This document shows, in pieces, positions 42,192-54,765 of a stretch of DNA of 64,000 nt. The DNA is taken from the NCBI GenBank assembly GCA_964016885.1, contig OZ024742.1, positions 54,002,001 to 54,066,000 of the forward strand, in the 5' to 3' direction. Both the position numbers and the translations under genes were made by a program. A model generated the notes under the pieces. It saw nothing but the letters and a program-made list of their open reading frames with translations. It did not search any database and was not told the DNA's origin. How positions within the stretch are numbered: the stretch's first letter is position 1; every line of letters begins with the position of its first letter. The DNA comes from Eledone cirrhosa (Eukaryota).

Positions 42192-43658
42192 GTGGGCCTC
42201 TTTCTCCTTTTCAACATAAATGCCTCTTTTCCCCACCTCAAAGGTGGTTTATATCGTGATGACTGTCTTCTTCTTTCTAACAACCTTAGCCTTTCAGAAA
42301 TCGAAAAAAACAAAAAACATATTAGAACTTTCCTTAAAGACTATTATAATCTTAATATTACTTTTGAAAAAACAAGTAAAGTAGTAAATTTCCTAGATAT
42401 AACTTTAGATTTAGCTACGGGTATCTACCAACCTTACCATAAACCTAACCAAAACTTACATTACATACACTCACAATCTAATCACCCTAAATCTATCCTT
42501 AAAAACCTTGCATATAATATATCACTTAGAATTTCTAACCTTTCTTCTAACCAAGATGTATTTGATAAAAATGCGACCTTCTATAACGAAGCTCTAGATA
42601 GAAGTGGCCACAAAAATAGATTAGAGTATATACCTTCTACTAAAAATACTGAAAGCATACAACATAATATTACCAACAAACACCAAATGAAAAGTACACA
42701 CCTAAATGCCACCCACACTATACCCCAAAATACTAAATCTTCTAATATAAAGTATAATAACTCTCAAAAAACTACTCATCATACAACTATAATAAATATT
42801 AATAATAAAACTCCTAATAAAAAAGATAAAACACCTAAATCTACAAATATAACTAAAAATAGTTGTGGTGAGATCATTAACATTAATCCTCCTAGTAAAA
42901 ATCATGATACAACCTATAAAAATAATAAAAATAATAAACAACATAGAAACCGTAATAGACGGGTTACTTGGTATAATGCTCCTTTTAATTTACAAGTTAA
43001 GGATAATATTGCTAAAAAATTTTTTTATATCCTTGAGAAAAACTTCCCGCCAAACCACAAATACCATCAAATCTTAAATAGGTCTACAGTTAAATTCTCA
43101 TACTCTACAACAAATAACATAAAACAAAATATAAGTGCATATAATGCATATAAATGTAAGAAAACCATAAGTATACCACCAGTACATCAAATTAACCATA
43201 ATATCTCCTCAAATACAGAATTAACGAAAGGATGTAACTGTAGAAACAAAGCAAACTGCCCATTAAAAGGGAATTGTCTTGTTAACAACATAGTCTATAA
43301 ATGTAATGTTAAAACTAAAGATTCTATTTGCTCATATATAGGAGCTACCTCTAACAATTTTAAGACAAGGTTTAATACCCACAAGCATAGTTTTAAAAAT
43401 GCAGCACTGGCTAATACAACATCTCTAGCAGAAAAAATCAATAGTTATAAAAATAAGAATATAAAATATGATTTGACCTGGAGTGTGCTCAAAAGAGCCA
43501 CCCCTTATCAAAATAATAGAAATGAATGTAGATTATGTTCCCAAGAACTATTTGAAATAATGAAGTCTAAGGATATCTTATTAAATAAACGACAGGAATT
43601 AATTATATCGTGTAATCATAAACTAAAAAAAACATTTAAATATTATAAACCTAATTAA
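42192..43658 (+). CDS. Inverted duplicate of the same ORF, truncated within RT motif B
   Basis: After its called start codon, the 488-aa translation is identical to the C-terminal part of the 668-aa ORF. Confidence 0.88.
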   Translation: MGLFLLFNINASFPHLKGGLYRDDCLLLSNNLSLSEIEKNKKHIRTFLKDYYNLNITFEKTSKVVNFLDITLDLATGIYQPYHKPNQNLHYIHSQSNHPKSILKNLAYNISLRISNLSSNQDVFDKNATFYNEALDRSGHKNRLEYIPSTKNTESIQHNITNKHQMKSTHLNATHTIPQNTKSSNIKYNNSQKTTHHTTIININNKTPNKKDKTPKSTNITKNSCGEIININPPSKNHDTTYKNNKNNKQHRNRNRRVTWYNAPFNLQVKDNIAKKFFYILEKNFPPNHKYHQILNRSTVKFSYSTTNNIKQNISAYNAYKCKKTISIPPVHQINHNISSNTELTKGCNCRNKANCPLKGNCLVNNIVYKCNVKTKDSICSYIGATSNNFKTRFNTHKHSFKNAALANTTSLAEKINSYKNKNIKYDLTWSVLKRATPYQNNRNECRLCSQELFEIMKSKDILLNKRQELIISCNHKLKKTFKYYKPN

Positions 43659-44188
43659 TAACATTATTTTAGAAATTAATTTAATTTAAATGTTAGTTAA
43701 CCTATAAATTTAATTTAATTAATATTTTATTACAGATGAGAATATAAAATATTATGTAATCATAAATTGTGAAAAACCTTTAAATATTACTAATATATAC
43801 TTAGTAATTTAATTTATAGATTAATTTTAATTTATTTAAACCTTTTATTATAACTCTTTTACAGATAAAATATAACAAAATAATATCGTGTATCCAATGA
43901 CAGAGAAATAATTTTTAGTATTATAGACCTAATTAATATACATTTTAGAAATATATTTATTATTTGGTTTTAGTTTTAATCAACCTAAAAATTTTAATTT
44001 TAATTTTAATTTGCTTAAAATTAGTATCCTTATACAGACGAATTACAGAATGTCATGTAATCATAGAATGGGATGCGTTTTGGATATATACCTAGTTAAT
44101 ATATTCTATGCAATTTTTTTGAAAAAGATATGTATATGTATATGTGTATGTGTATGTGTGTGTGTGTATGTGTATGTGTATGTATGTA

Positions 44189-44237
<49 letters not shown>

Positions 44238-45366
44238 GTGTGTGTATATGTATGTATATGTGTATGTGTATGTATATGTATATGTATGCGTATTAGTTTT
44301 GATTTCTATTTGCATATAATTATATTATGCTATTGATGAAATACAGTATCTGCTTTATGTATTGTATACCTAATTAACATATACTATTGAAATAAGTATA
44401 TAATTTTTAATTTAGTTAACATATAATTTATATTCTACTACCGATGTAATACTTTATTTTATTTTTTTCCCTATCACTAAATTCATTTCCTAATATTGAT
44501 ACCATAACGTTATTAACTTTAATTTAGTTATACTGTAATTAATAATCTACTACTGTTTGACTTCAAAATTCTGCTTCAAATATTATAAACCTAACTAATT
44601 TACACCTTAGAAATCAATATGTTGACTATCTTTGGTTTAGTTAACATATGATTAATGATATACTTATTTATTTTGAGATGCATAGATTTTGCCTGGGTTC
44701 TTGTTTGTCGTATTTCCTAACACTGAAAATATGTAAGAACATACATTGGATAAAAATACGGAAAATTTTCTATGTTTCTTGAAACATATATTTACTTTGA
44801 TCCCCTTCTCCAAACCCCCCCTTTCCCCCATACTATTATCATCTGTATTTGTAAGCGTCTATGTATGAATATATATGTAGGTAGGTGTCTATATAGGTTT
44901 GGGTATTTATATCTAAATATAAAAATACATATATGCGCATGCAAATATGAATGTAAGATTGCGTGTGTATATAAGAGTGTGTATATGTATGTATATATGT
45001 GTATATATGCATTATATATGTATGTGTATGTGAATGTGTGTACGTATATGTGTATGTATGTGTATATATGTGTATATATGTGTATGCATGTATATATAGG
45101 AATATATATATGTATATATATATGTATATGTATATGCGTGTGTATGTATGTGTGTGTATGTGTGTTGTATATATATGTATGTCTCTCTATTTATATGTTT
45201 ATCTTCGTATCTATGTGATATATGTGTGTGTGTGTGTGCATGTATGCATATGTATGTGTTTATGTGTATTTGTGTGTGTGTGTGTACATATGTGTGTGTG
45301 CGCACACACACATATATATATGTGAGTGTGTATATGTGTCTGTGTATATGTGTGTGTGTATATATG

Positions 45367-45420
<54 letters not shown>

Positions 45421-45516
45421 TGTCTATGTGTGAATATATGTCTTTATTAGTATATGTGTATTTATGTATGTATATGTTTATATGTATGTATGTGTATGTA
45501 TGTATGTATGTATATG

Positions 45517-45569
<53 letters not shown>

Positions 45570-45691
45570 CTTTATTATTATAATATAACTTATGTGTATG
45601 TATGTATAAGTGAGGTTGTGTACGTGTATATAATATGTGTATATATAAATGTAGTTAATGTGTATATATATATGTGCATGTCTGTTTTTTA

Positions 45692-45725
<34 letters not shown>

Positions 45726-45793
45726 CGTGTGTATATATATATATATGTGGGTGTTTGTATGTGTATTTATGGTGGTATGAGTGTGTGGATATC

Positions 45794-45835
<42 letters not shown>

Positions 45836-45838
45836 AGT

Positions 45839-45910
<72 letters not shown>

Positions 45911-46303
45911 ATGTATGTGTCTCTATATATATATCTCTATTAATACGTGTGTATGTATATACATATGCCTTTTTATTATTATTTTTATTTGTATGTCTGA
46001 GTTAGGTGAGGTTGTAGTTTTTTTTATATATATATGCATATATAGATGCGTATGTATTTGTATATATGAGTATAAGTAAGTGCATAAGTATGTATGATTA
46101 TATATCTAATTCTATGTATGAATATACATGTATATATATATGTGTGTATGTAAGTTATGTGTGTATGTATCTACATGTCTATGTGTGTGTATATATATAT
46201 ATGTATATATATATATATGTATATCGATGTGCGTATATGTATGTACATGTATGTACATGTATGTGTGTATGTATGTGTATGTATATTTAGATGTATGTGT
46301 GTG

Positions 46304-46346
<43 letters not shown>

Positions 46347-47165
46347 GTGTGTGTGTATATATATATAGGTATATATCTTTATTATTTATTTTTATATATA
46401 TGTGTATGTGTGTATGTGTTGCGTGTGTGTGTGTGTGTGTATATATATATATCTTTATATATGTGTATGTGTATGTTCGTGTAAGTGTATGTGTGTGTAT
46501 GACTGTATATGTATGTGTGTATGTGTGTATGCGTAAATATTTCTATGTGTGAGTACATGTATGTATGTGTATATATCTGTATGTGTATGTATATTATATT
46601 ATATTTATTATATTTTATTGTTTTATTTTTTTATTTTTCTTAATTTATAGATACATTTATATTAGACAGTTTGCTCAGACAGTTGAATACTGACCCCTCC
46701 CCCCCCTCCCACCTAATTTCTGTATCTTGATCTAGAAATGTGTGTGCCAGTGTTTTATGTGAGTGAATTAATATCCATGTGCTTATGATTTTATATCCAC
46801 ATATATAAATGTGAGTGGGGGTGTGTGTGTGTTTGTATGTTCGTGGTTATGTGTATATTTATGCATATACGCGCGTGTATGTGTGATTGTACTGATATGT
46901 GTGAGTATGAAAAAATATATTTATATACTTGATTTCATAAGTATCTTATCTGCGCATTGTAAGCTCACAGAGACATTAACCTTGAAATTTCGTATTTGCA
47001 TCCATCCTTTTAGTATGCGTATACAAATTATACATACATTTTTGTAAAATATGTGTAAGGGTTTTACATGTATATACACACACCGAACTGCATTTAACCC
47101 TTTGTGTTTTCATTGGTCAATTTTGAACTGAAATTTTGAATTGTTGTTATTATCAATAAATATAC

Positions 47166-47320
47166 TTCATTATTTCTGAAGACGGCGTATATATGTGTTT
47201 GGTATGTATATTTAATCTTGATAATTTGTATAATTTTGTATAATTTTGTACATAGATCTGTTGAATATGCATACCAATTATAACACATATATATCCTAGA
47301 AACGATCGTTAAATAATGAA
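47166..47320 (+). ncRNA. Type I hammerhead with ~116-nt stem II in the pLTR of the Naiad element
   Basis: TTCATTATTT-CTGAAGA-[..TATATATGTGTT-TGGTATGTATATT...AATATGCATACCA..AACACATATATA..]-GAAA-CGATCG-TT-AAATAATGAA; perfect 10-bp stem I and palindromic stem III. Confidence 0.82.
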
Positions 47321-48206
47321 CTTTTTTTGTTTAATATAAGGAATTGTTTGTTCATTATTTGTTTAATATTTTATCTTGACTCTGTATACCGTTTATCTTT
47401 CACCGAAAGTCGTTTTTCATTACATCTCTTCTTTCCATGATATCCGGAATACATTGAGTTCTTCATACGGATTGGACACTACCGTAAACTCTTGGTAGAT
47501 TTATCTACATATATATATATATATATAAAAATGAATAGAAGGTTGGCCGAATGTGTGCGTGCGCGCATGTGTATGTATATATGTGTACGTTTGATTTTGA
47601 CATGCTTACCCAATTGATACAGAACAGTCAGAAGGCTCGTGGCAGCATGTATCAACAAGTGTGTGTGACTGGGTCCATGGGAGAGGGGGAGAGAGGGTTT
47701 GTGAGTATATATACTGCAATGTATGTATGTGGCGGTGTGGGTGTCTGTGCATGTAGACGTATGAGTGTGAGTGCATAGATAGGTGTATGTCTGAGTATAT
47801 ATATGTGTGTGTTACTATGTGATTATGTTAGTATGTGTGGGTGCTTACTCTGAAGTGTGAGCAGACGTGTGAGGTACTGAACCCAGCATGACTCCATTGA
47901 AATATGTCGGACGGAAAATAGTTGATGAACCGTGTGGCAGCAGGAACTGACCAGAACTTGTTATGACGTGAAGTAAAAACAGCCAATGGCATGACAAGAG
48001 TGGAAAGAAGGTATTTTGAGGGGTTGATTTTATAACACCCCAGTGATAAAATTTGCTCCGGACATAACAGACGTGTCTGAAAGAACCCACAGAAGTAGAA
48101 TCATCCAGATCCATACAAGGACCATGACTCGAACTACATGCCGGCGAATCATTTGTACCACGAAATAAACTAAGCCCAGATGCATCACTGATTTTTCGTT
48201 TTCTTG

Positions 48207-48288
<82 letters not shown>

Positions 48289-49166
48289 CGTGTGTCTATT
48301 TGTTTGTGTAAACGTATATATATTTGAAACAAATAAATGTTTACAAAAACTTCACAGATCATTATTTTTCGCAGATAATGGTATTCTTCATTTCACTTAT
48401 ATAGACCTGATGAGGCCCCCATTTGAAAGTATATATAAATGTAAATATCTCATCACTTCACTGCAAATGAAGTTATGGCCCAAACATTATTAAACACCTT
48501 TATACCCGCCAACAAGAAATATATCGGAATTGCACTTAAAATGTCCTTCCTATTTAAGTACATTAGTTACATTATCCAAAGTGTGATAGTGTCCTGTTAG
48601 AGACTGATAAATTAAACGTTTGTGATTATAATAATTTTTCATAGATGAGTTGATATAAAGGAAGTGTGAAATTAGCACCTCTGAATTGGCAACTTTCCTC
48701 CTCTCTGCAAGGATATATATATTTAAGTATTTTTGCAGGAATGAGGAAACGGTGGCATGTGTCCAAGTTTATTAGATGTTATTCTTCTATCGGCAACCAT
48801 AGTGCCTCTAATTGTGTTACGTTCATTGCATGTAGGCAGCGAAGTGGTAGAATTTTAGGACGTCGATTTCATAAGTTTCGGCATTCGTTTTGGGGATATT
48901 TTACCCTTGAGTTCAAAGACAGACCTAGTCCGACTTCTTTTATACCATAAACGTGGTTCTGTCTTTCACCGCTCCTATTAATGACGTTTTTTCCCGTTCT
49001 TTGCCAGGGAACGTTTCCTCGAACCAAAGTATCGTCTTCCTGTCTTCCTCCGGCTGCAACGTTTTTTGAAATATCCACTTCTGCGTTTACAGATTGACTT
49101 TGTTAGTTTCAGAAAATCCCGTTAAGGGTGAAAGCAGCGATTCTTTGCTTAAACTTTAATCTGTTA

Positions 49167-49230
<64 letters not shown>

Positions 49231-49347
49231 TATATTCAAAATTAAATTAAATTAATTTAAGGGTGTCGTGTCAGAGAGACATGCGCCATATCCACTGTAG
49301 AATATGCTCCAAGATTCCAATGAATAGATCCGACCATTTTATATAAA

Positions 49348-49433
49348 CTAGAAATTGATTGACATATATATATATATATATATCTAAAATAAACATATGA
49401 AACAAATTACTCCCTGTGATTGTTTCATATGTT

Positions 49434-49486
<53 letters not shown>

Positions 49487-49499
49487 AATCAATTTCTAT
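49348..49499. repeat. Nested fold-back palindrome interleaved with (TA)n
   Basis: TAGAAATTGATTGACATA / TATGTCAATCAATTTCTA enclose TAAAATAAACATATGAAACAA / TTGTTTCATATGTTTATTTTA. Confidence 0.85.
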
Positions 49500-49526
49500 T
49501 ATTTCTATTTGATATATATATATATA

Positions 49527-50425
49527 CTAGCTGATGTACCCAGCTTCGCCCAAGTAAACAGATGATAAGAGAAGACAGGTAAAATACAAAATGACTGTAT
49601 TGGATGTTTGTCTGGTTACAGTATGATGCGAGTCCGTGGTGTCTGTGTGATAAAAAAACAGTAAAACAAATCTTCCAGATATACCAGATTCTTCGTTGTA
49701 CCGTTTGTGCATAGTATATGAACAATTCTAGGTGCTCCCACCTAGAAGAGTGGCCTCTATGAGATGGTTCATCTTCTGCCTGACTGTAAAACGTGTATCA
49801 TTGCAATGAAGTGGTTGTTCCACATTTCTCAAAAGGATGATGGAAGTTCCAATCTTTTATTTTATATGTAGATATAGATAATTAATATAAAAGATGTCCG
49901 TCAATGTAAAAAAATAAAAAAAGGTCCCTATTTACTGCCTTCACAACTCTGTGTATGTTAGACTGACAGATAAACTGCGTGGCGATTGTGGAACACCGCA
50001 CGTACACACACATACACGCATGGAAACGCGCACACGCACGCAAACTTACACACACACCTGTGCACTTACACATACTCACACATGTTGATAGTTTTTATTT
50101 TCCGTGGAACGCTGCACGCACACACACACATAAACATACGCGCAAGTAGATTCACAATCACACATGTTAATAGTTATTGCTTTCCTTCCCCTCTTATTTC
50201 CACACACATGTCTCTACACTGATACATATACATAGTGTATCCAACACAGCGTTCACTTTGCCTCTCTGTTTCTTACCCTCCCCTCTCACTCCCTCAATGG
50301 CATTATGCATATTAATTTAAGTTTGGCGTCGTTGAGGTGGGCGGAGTCGTTTGAAACCTATGAACCAATGATAATCGAGAATTATGACACACGGAATACT
50401 GGCATTGTTGAAATTAATATATAGA
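49527..50425 (-). mobile_element. Non-autonomous Helitron
   Basis: Minus strand begins A|TCTATATATTAATTTC and ends CTTGGGCGAAGCTGGGTACATCAGCTAG|T: 5' TC, subterminal GC-rich hairpin-like motif, 3' CTAG, A/T target. Confidence 0.7.
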
Positions 50426-50894
50426 TATATGGAAGGAATCGGAATGAAAATATCTAGATTTCGTTGTTCCGTAAACGTTTAATGTAAGAACATTTTGAAA
50501 ATATTCATTCCAGAGGTCACTTATAAATGAATAATAGAGACAACACAATATAAGTACGTAATGTAATACATATTACATGTAGAAAGGAAATTAGAATAAG
50601 AAATATAGTTTTTGCATTACTTATTATACCTGAACTAAATATATACAGCTGTTTCAGATCTCAAGCAATAAATTCAAGAAATACCATGGTAAAAAAATAA
50701 CAAGATAGGACTAATACACTTCAAAACAGAGATTTTTTTCAGTTGGAATCGTATTTTAAATGATAGCACACAATATAACTTGTCCAGTAGGAGACCAGTT
50801 GAATACATCATCACATCAACAATATCGGCAAATGACACTATATAAATATACAATGATATTAAATAAATGGAAACTATATTTATAAAACCATATT

Positions 50895-50955
50895 TATTCT
50901 ATTATATATAATTCAAGGGTACCAAAACTTTGGTACGCTTTCATCAGATAAAATA
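50895..50955 (-). ncRNA. Hammerhead, sister of 3882-3947 (GAAA>GAAT)
   Basis: TATTTTAT-CTGATGA-AAGCGTACCAAA-GT-TTTGGTACCCTT-GAAT-TATATA-TA-ATAGAATA; flanks are also homologous. Confidence 0.6.
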
Positions 50956-51236
50956 AAAACTTTGTTTTATAAATTTTGACATAACCAAGAAAAGATACCT
51001 TAACGGTTCAAGTTTTCCTTGGACAATGAAGGGATAAGAGAAGAAAAGTAAGATATTTCAAATTATTAAGATGAGTATGCAAATGAGGTTCAGGTATGGG
51101 TCTGAAAAAAAAAAACGTTATTTTAGACGCTATGCAGAATTTAAATAATTAGGATAAATGTAGTATCTCGGATATTACTACGCTTTAAAGACAATATATC
51201 TCGACCCAGGGCGTCAATAACTGGATAAGTTATGGG

Positions 51237-51330
<94 letters not shown>

Positions 51331-51915
51331 TCATTTCATTAAAGTTAAATTGTAAATCTTGTTACTCTGGAGCTTCGGCTGTTTGTCATATATATATAAT
51401 ATTTCTTTGGTTTGAAATCAAAATTCGCTGGTGATTTCAATCAATTTTATATGAAATCTCACCAAGAAAACCCCGTGGAGGAAAAGACAGAGGAAATCGT
51501 CTTAATAGTACAACTTCAAAAGAAACTGCATAGAAATTGGAGTCTTGTTATACTGGAACCGCAAGACGGAAATGATAAAAGTGGATCGTAGCATCGAAGC
51601 AGGAAATGACATTAAAACTGAAAGAATATGACAGCGACCAACAGAGCAACAATGGCCTCAGTTAAATAAGATGGAAAAGTAATCGGTAAATGTGTGTACA
51701 AAATATGCGAAAATCGATGGCATGAAACTTCGTCTATTATAAGGAGGGTGTTTCACGTTCACGTGTCCAATCAACGAAGGAGATTAGTCGCGATATTAAC
51801 ATCTACGTTGCGAGACATTCCACAAGCACATGTAACATTAATGTAATTCTGAAGAGAGTTTCCTTTTTAATGATATGTACAATATATTAATATATATACG
51901 TGTGTGACTGTATAT

Positions 51916-52029
<114 letters not shown>

Positions 52030-52139
52030 TAGGTAATTCCGAAGGAAAAGCAAAGGAAGAAAGAGTGCTCTATGTATAGAACAGAGCTATATAATTAGAA
52101 AGTGAACAACACAAAATATAACGACTCCATTACCAAAGG

Positions 52140-52885
52140 TTACAGGACTCTAGACAATATTAATACACGTCTAGATCGTTCATCAGACAGAGATGTTATA
52201 AGAGAAGTTATCAGATAACATCTCTGTCTGATGAATATACACAGGTACAATACCAACAACCACTCATAAACACACATTAGTGAGCAAAGATAGAATACAA
52301 ACACACATAGACTCAGACACGAACACCCATACCAAACAGAAAACACACACGCAAACGCATGCGCAAACAGAGACAGAGACAAGAATAAATAAAGAAGTAA
52401 ATAAAAATGGCGTAGACATTACAATAAAACGAGAGGAAACAATAGAATCACTGATGACGTCTCAGGTGTGTGACGAAAGGATGTTGATAGACTATATATA
52501 TATATATATATATATTTATATCTATATTGTTAACCATTGGTGAACATTGATTGCCAGATAAATTTGATTGGATAAACATTGATTGCCAGATAAATTAACT
52601 ATAAATTAACTATAGAAATATAAACATACAGAAGCGACAACCAATCCAAACCAAACAGTGAGTGTGTTATATGTTCAAATGAGTTCAAATCCCGCTGAGG
52701 TTAACTTTTCCTTTCATCCTTACGGGGTCGATGAAAGGAAGTACCAGTAACGTATTGGGGTCGATGTAATTGACTCTTACCTTCCCCCAAATTACTGGCC
52801 TCGTGCCTATACTAGAAAGCATTATTATTTCTGGCAATATTATAATATTATAACAATATGACCCTCCACAAATATAACAATATAT
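52140..52885 (+). mobile_element. Older Neptune-type pLTR fragment with an HHR remnant (52447-52490) and a nested truncated SINE (52680-52828)
   Basis: Shares GGCGTAGACAT, CCAAACAGTGAGTGTGTT and AATATGACCCTCC with 33730-34025; CTGATGA-C-GTC..GAC-GAAA. Confidence 0.7.
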
Positions 52886-52978
52886 ATATTTATATTTATT
52901 AAAATAACAGATTAAAGTTTAAGCAAATAATCGCTGCTTTCACCCTTATATATATATATATATATGTATGTTTATATA

Positions 52979-53056
<78 letters not shown>

Positions 53057-53213
53057 ATACATATGTATTTATATATATATATATATATATAAAGAGAGAG
53101 AGAGAGAGAGAGTTGGAAGTATAGACATACTCGCATGTATAACTATACATTCGCACATGCACACACAAGCGTCTTTTTCTCAGGTTCTCTCTCTCTCTCT
53201 ATCTCTCTCTCTC

Positions 53214-53278
<65 letters not shown>

Positions 53279-53426
53279 ATGTGCGTGTGTGTGTGTTTAT
53301 TTATATGTATGTATCTATAATTATATATGCTGGTGAGTGCGTGACAGAGAGAAGGTGGAGCAGTTGTCATTGTACTCTTATTATGAAAAAGATTAGGCTC
53401 GAAATGACCTCAGGAATTGATAGGCT

Positions 53427-54765
53427 TTCTTCTTCTTCTTCTTCTTCTTCTTCTTCTTCTTCTTCTTCTTCTTCTTCTTCTTCTTCTTCTTCTTCTTCTT
53501 CTTCTTCTTCTTCTTCTTCTTCTTCTTCTTCTTCTTCTTCTTCTTCTTCTTCTTCTTCTTCTCACACTTATTCATGAGAGTGTCGTAGCGTCAGAGTCCT
53601 CATAGACTCCTTCCAGCGGGTTCTGTCAGAAGCAACACTCTCCAACTGATATATCTGGATCCCCAAGCAAGACCAGCCAACGTCATGGATGTTATCCAAC
53701 CATCTTGCTCGGGATCTCCCTCTGGGTCTCCTGCCGGTTGATTTTACCCGTAAAATCTGTCAAGCGATTCTTTCCTAAGACATTCCAACCACATGCCCAT
53801 ATTATCGGAGCTGTGATCTCTTAATTCGGAGAAGTAGCAGCTCTACCTTGAATGATTCTCTGATTTCCGAACTACGGACTCTATCGAGTAACGTTACCCC
53901 AAAGCCCTTTGGAGGAATTTCATTTCGGCTGCTTGTATTTGCGATCGTATTCTTTCTGCCATTACTCAAGATTCTTTACCTTAGGTAAGGATTGACTCGA
54001 ATACCGAATTGAAGCTAGCGAGTTTCGTTTCTACGTCTACCCCTTTCTTCTGATTACCGAATGCTGAATCTGGCGCATTACTGAAATTCTTGCTTTCCAT
54101 TAGGAACACGACCCCGATATACTTGAACTTTTCTATCTGCTTCAGTGGAACTCCATTAACATGTATTGTGCACTGCGCAGGCTTCCTTGAGATGAAGTTT
54201 TCTCAGCACTGATTTTAATTGCAGCCATGCAGCACCATCAGACCCATCGAATGAAAGTCAGAGATCACCTTCTGTCGAGTTAAGTAACACTATGTAGTCT
54301 GCACATTCCAGCCGACTGATTTTACACCCAACAGTCATGATACCACTTCCAATGTGGCTACGCATGTCAATCCTGTTCATATAAATAATTGTTTCTACTT
54401 TAGGCACAAGGCCAGCAATTACCCAGTGCATTACTGGTACTTTATTTTATCGACCCCATAAGGATGAAAGGCAAAGTCAACCTTGGTGGGATTTGAACTC
54501 AGATCGTAAAGGGACGTAACTATGCTGGAAAGCATGGCGTCTGACACTCTACTGATACTGCCAATCCACCAATCCACCAATTCTGTTCATATAAATAACG
54601 AACAAGAAAGGGCGACAGTACGCATCCTTGGCGGAGTCCGACTCCCACTTTGAATAGCACCATGATTTAGCACCATTTACCCGAACAAAACTACTCGGGC
54701 ATTCGTATAGAGACATCAGGGCAGCAAGAAGCTGACCATTGATCCCATACTCCTATACAACCTTC
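53427..54765 (-). mobile_element. RTE-clade (Expander/Rex3-like) LINE fragment with long (GAA)n tail
   Basis: Minus strand reads VGVGLRQGCVLSPFLF, QIEKFKYIGVVF, SQIQAAEMKFL, LLLRIKRSQLR*YGHV; (TTC)n at 53427-53561. Confidence 0.8.
54389..54582 (-). mobile_element. Full-length SINE nested in the RTE, with 16-bp TSD
   Basis: TSD CTGTTCATATAAATAA at 54373-54388 and 54583-54598. Confidence 0.9.

Larger units (their letters stand above)
36378..47510. mobile_element. Fold-back (divergent) Naiad-type PLE insertion: arms 36378-41588 and 42169-47374, unique spacer 41589-42168
   Basis: Mirror coordinates sum to 83757 near the centre (40099+43658) and to 83751-83752 distally. The arms are near-identical and both outer ends meet (TA)n. 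Confidence 0.93.

Noticed and set aside
40099-43658. Selenoprotein-type Naiad (in-frame UGA plus SECIS)
   Set aside because: The visible frame has no internal UGA and the Cys motifs are ordinary Cys. I identified no SECIS by eye; the missing N-terminus cannot be assessed.
36378-47374. Giant inverted repeat as a pure assembly artefact
   Set aside because: The asymmetric junction, different outer ends, point differences between arms and known PLE behaviour favour a real structure. It is not fully excluded without reads.
48405-48495. Hammerhead-like CTGATGA-GGCC...GGCC-CAAA
   Set aside because: GAAA is mutated and stem I does not close; too degenerate to call.
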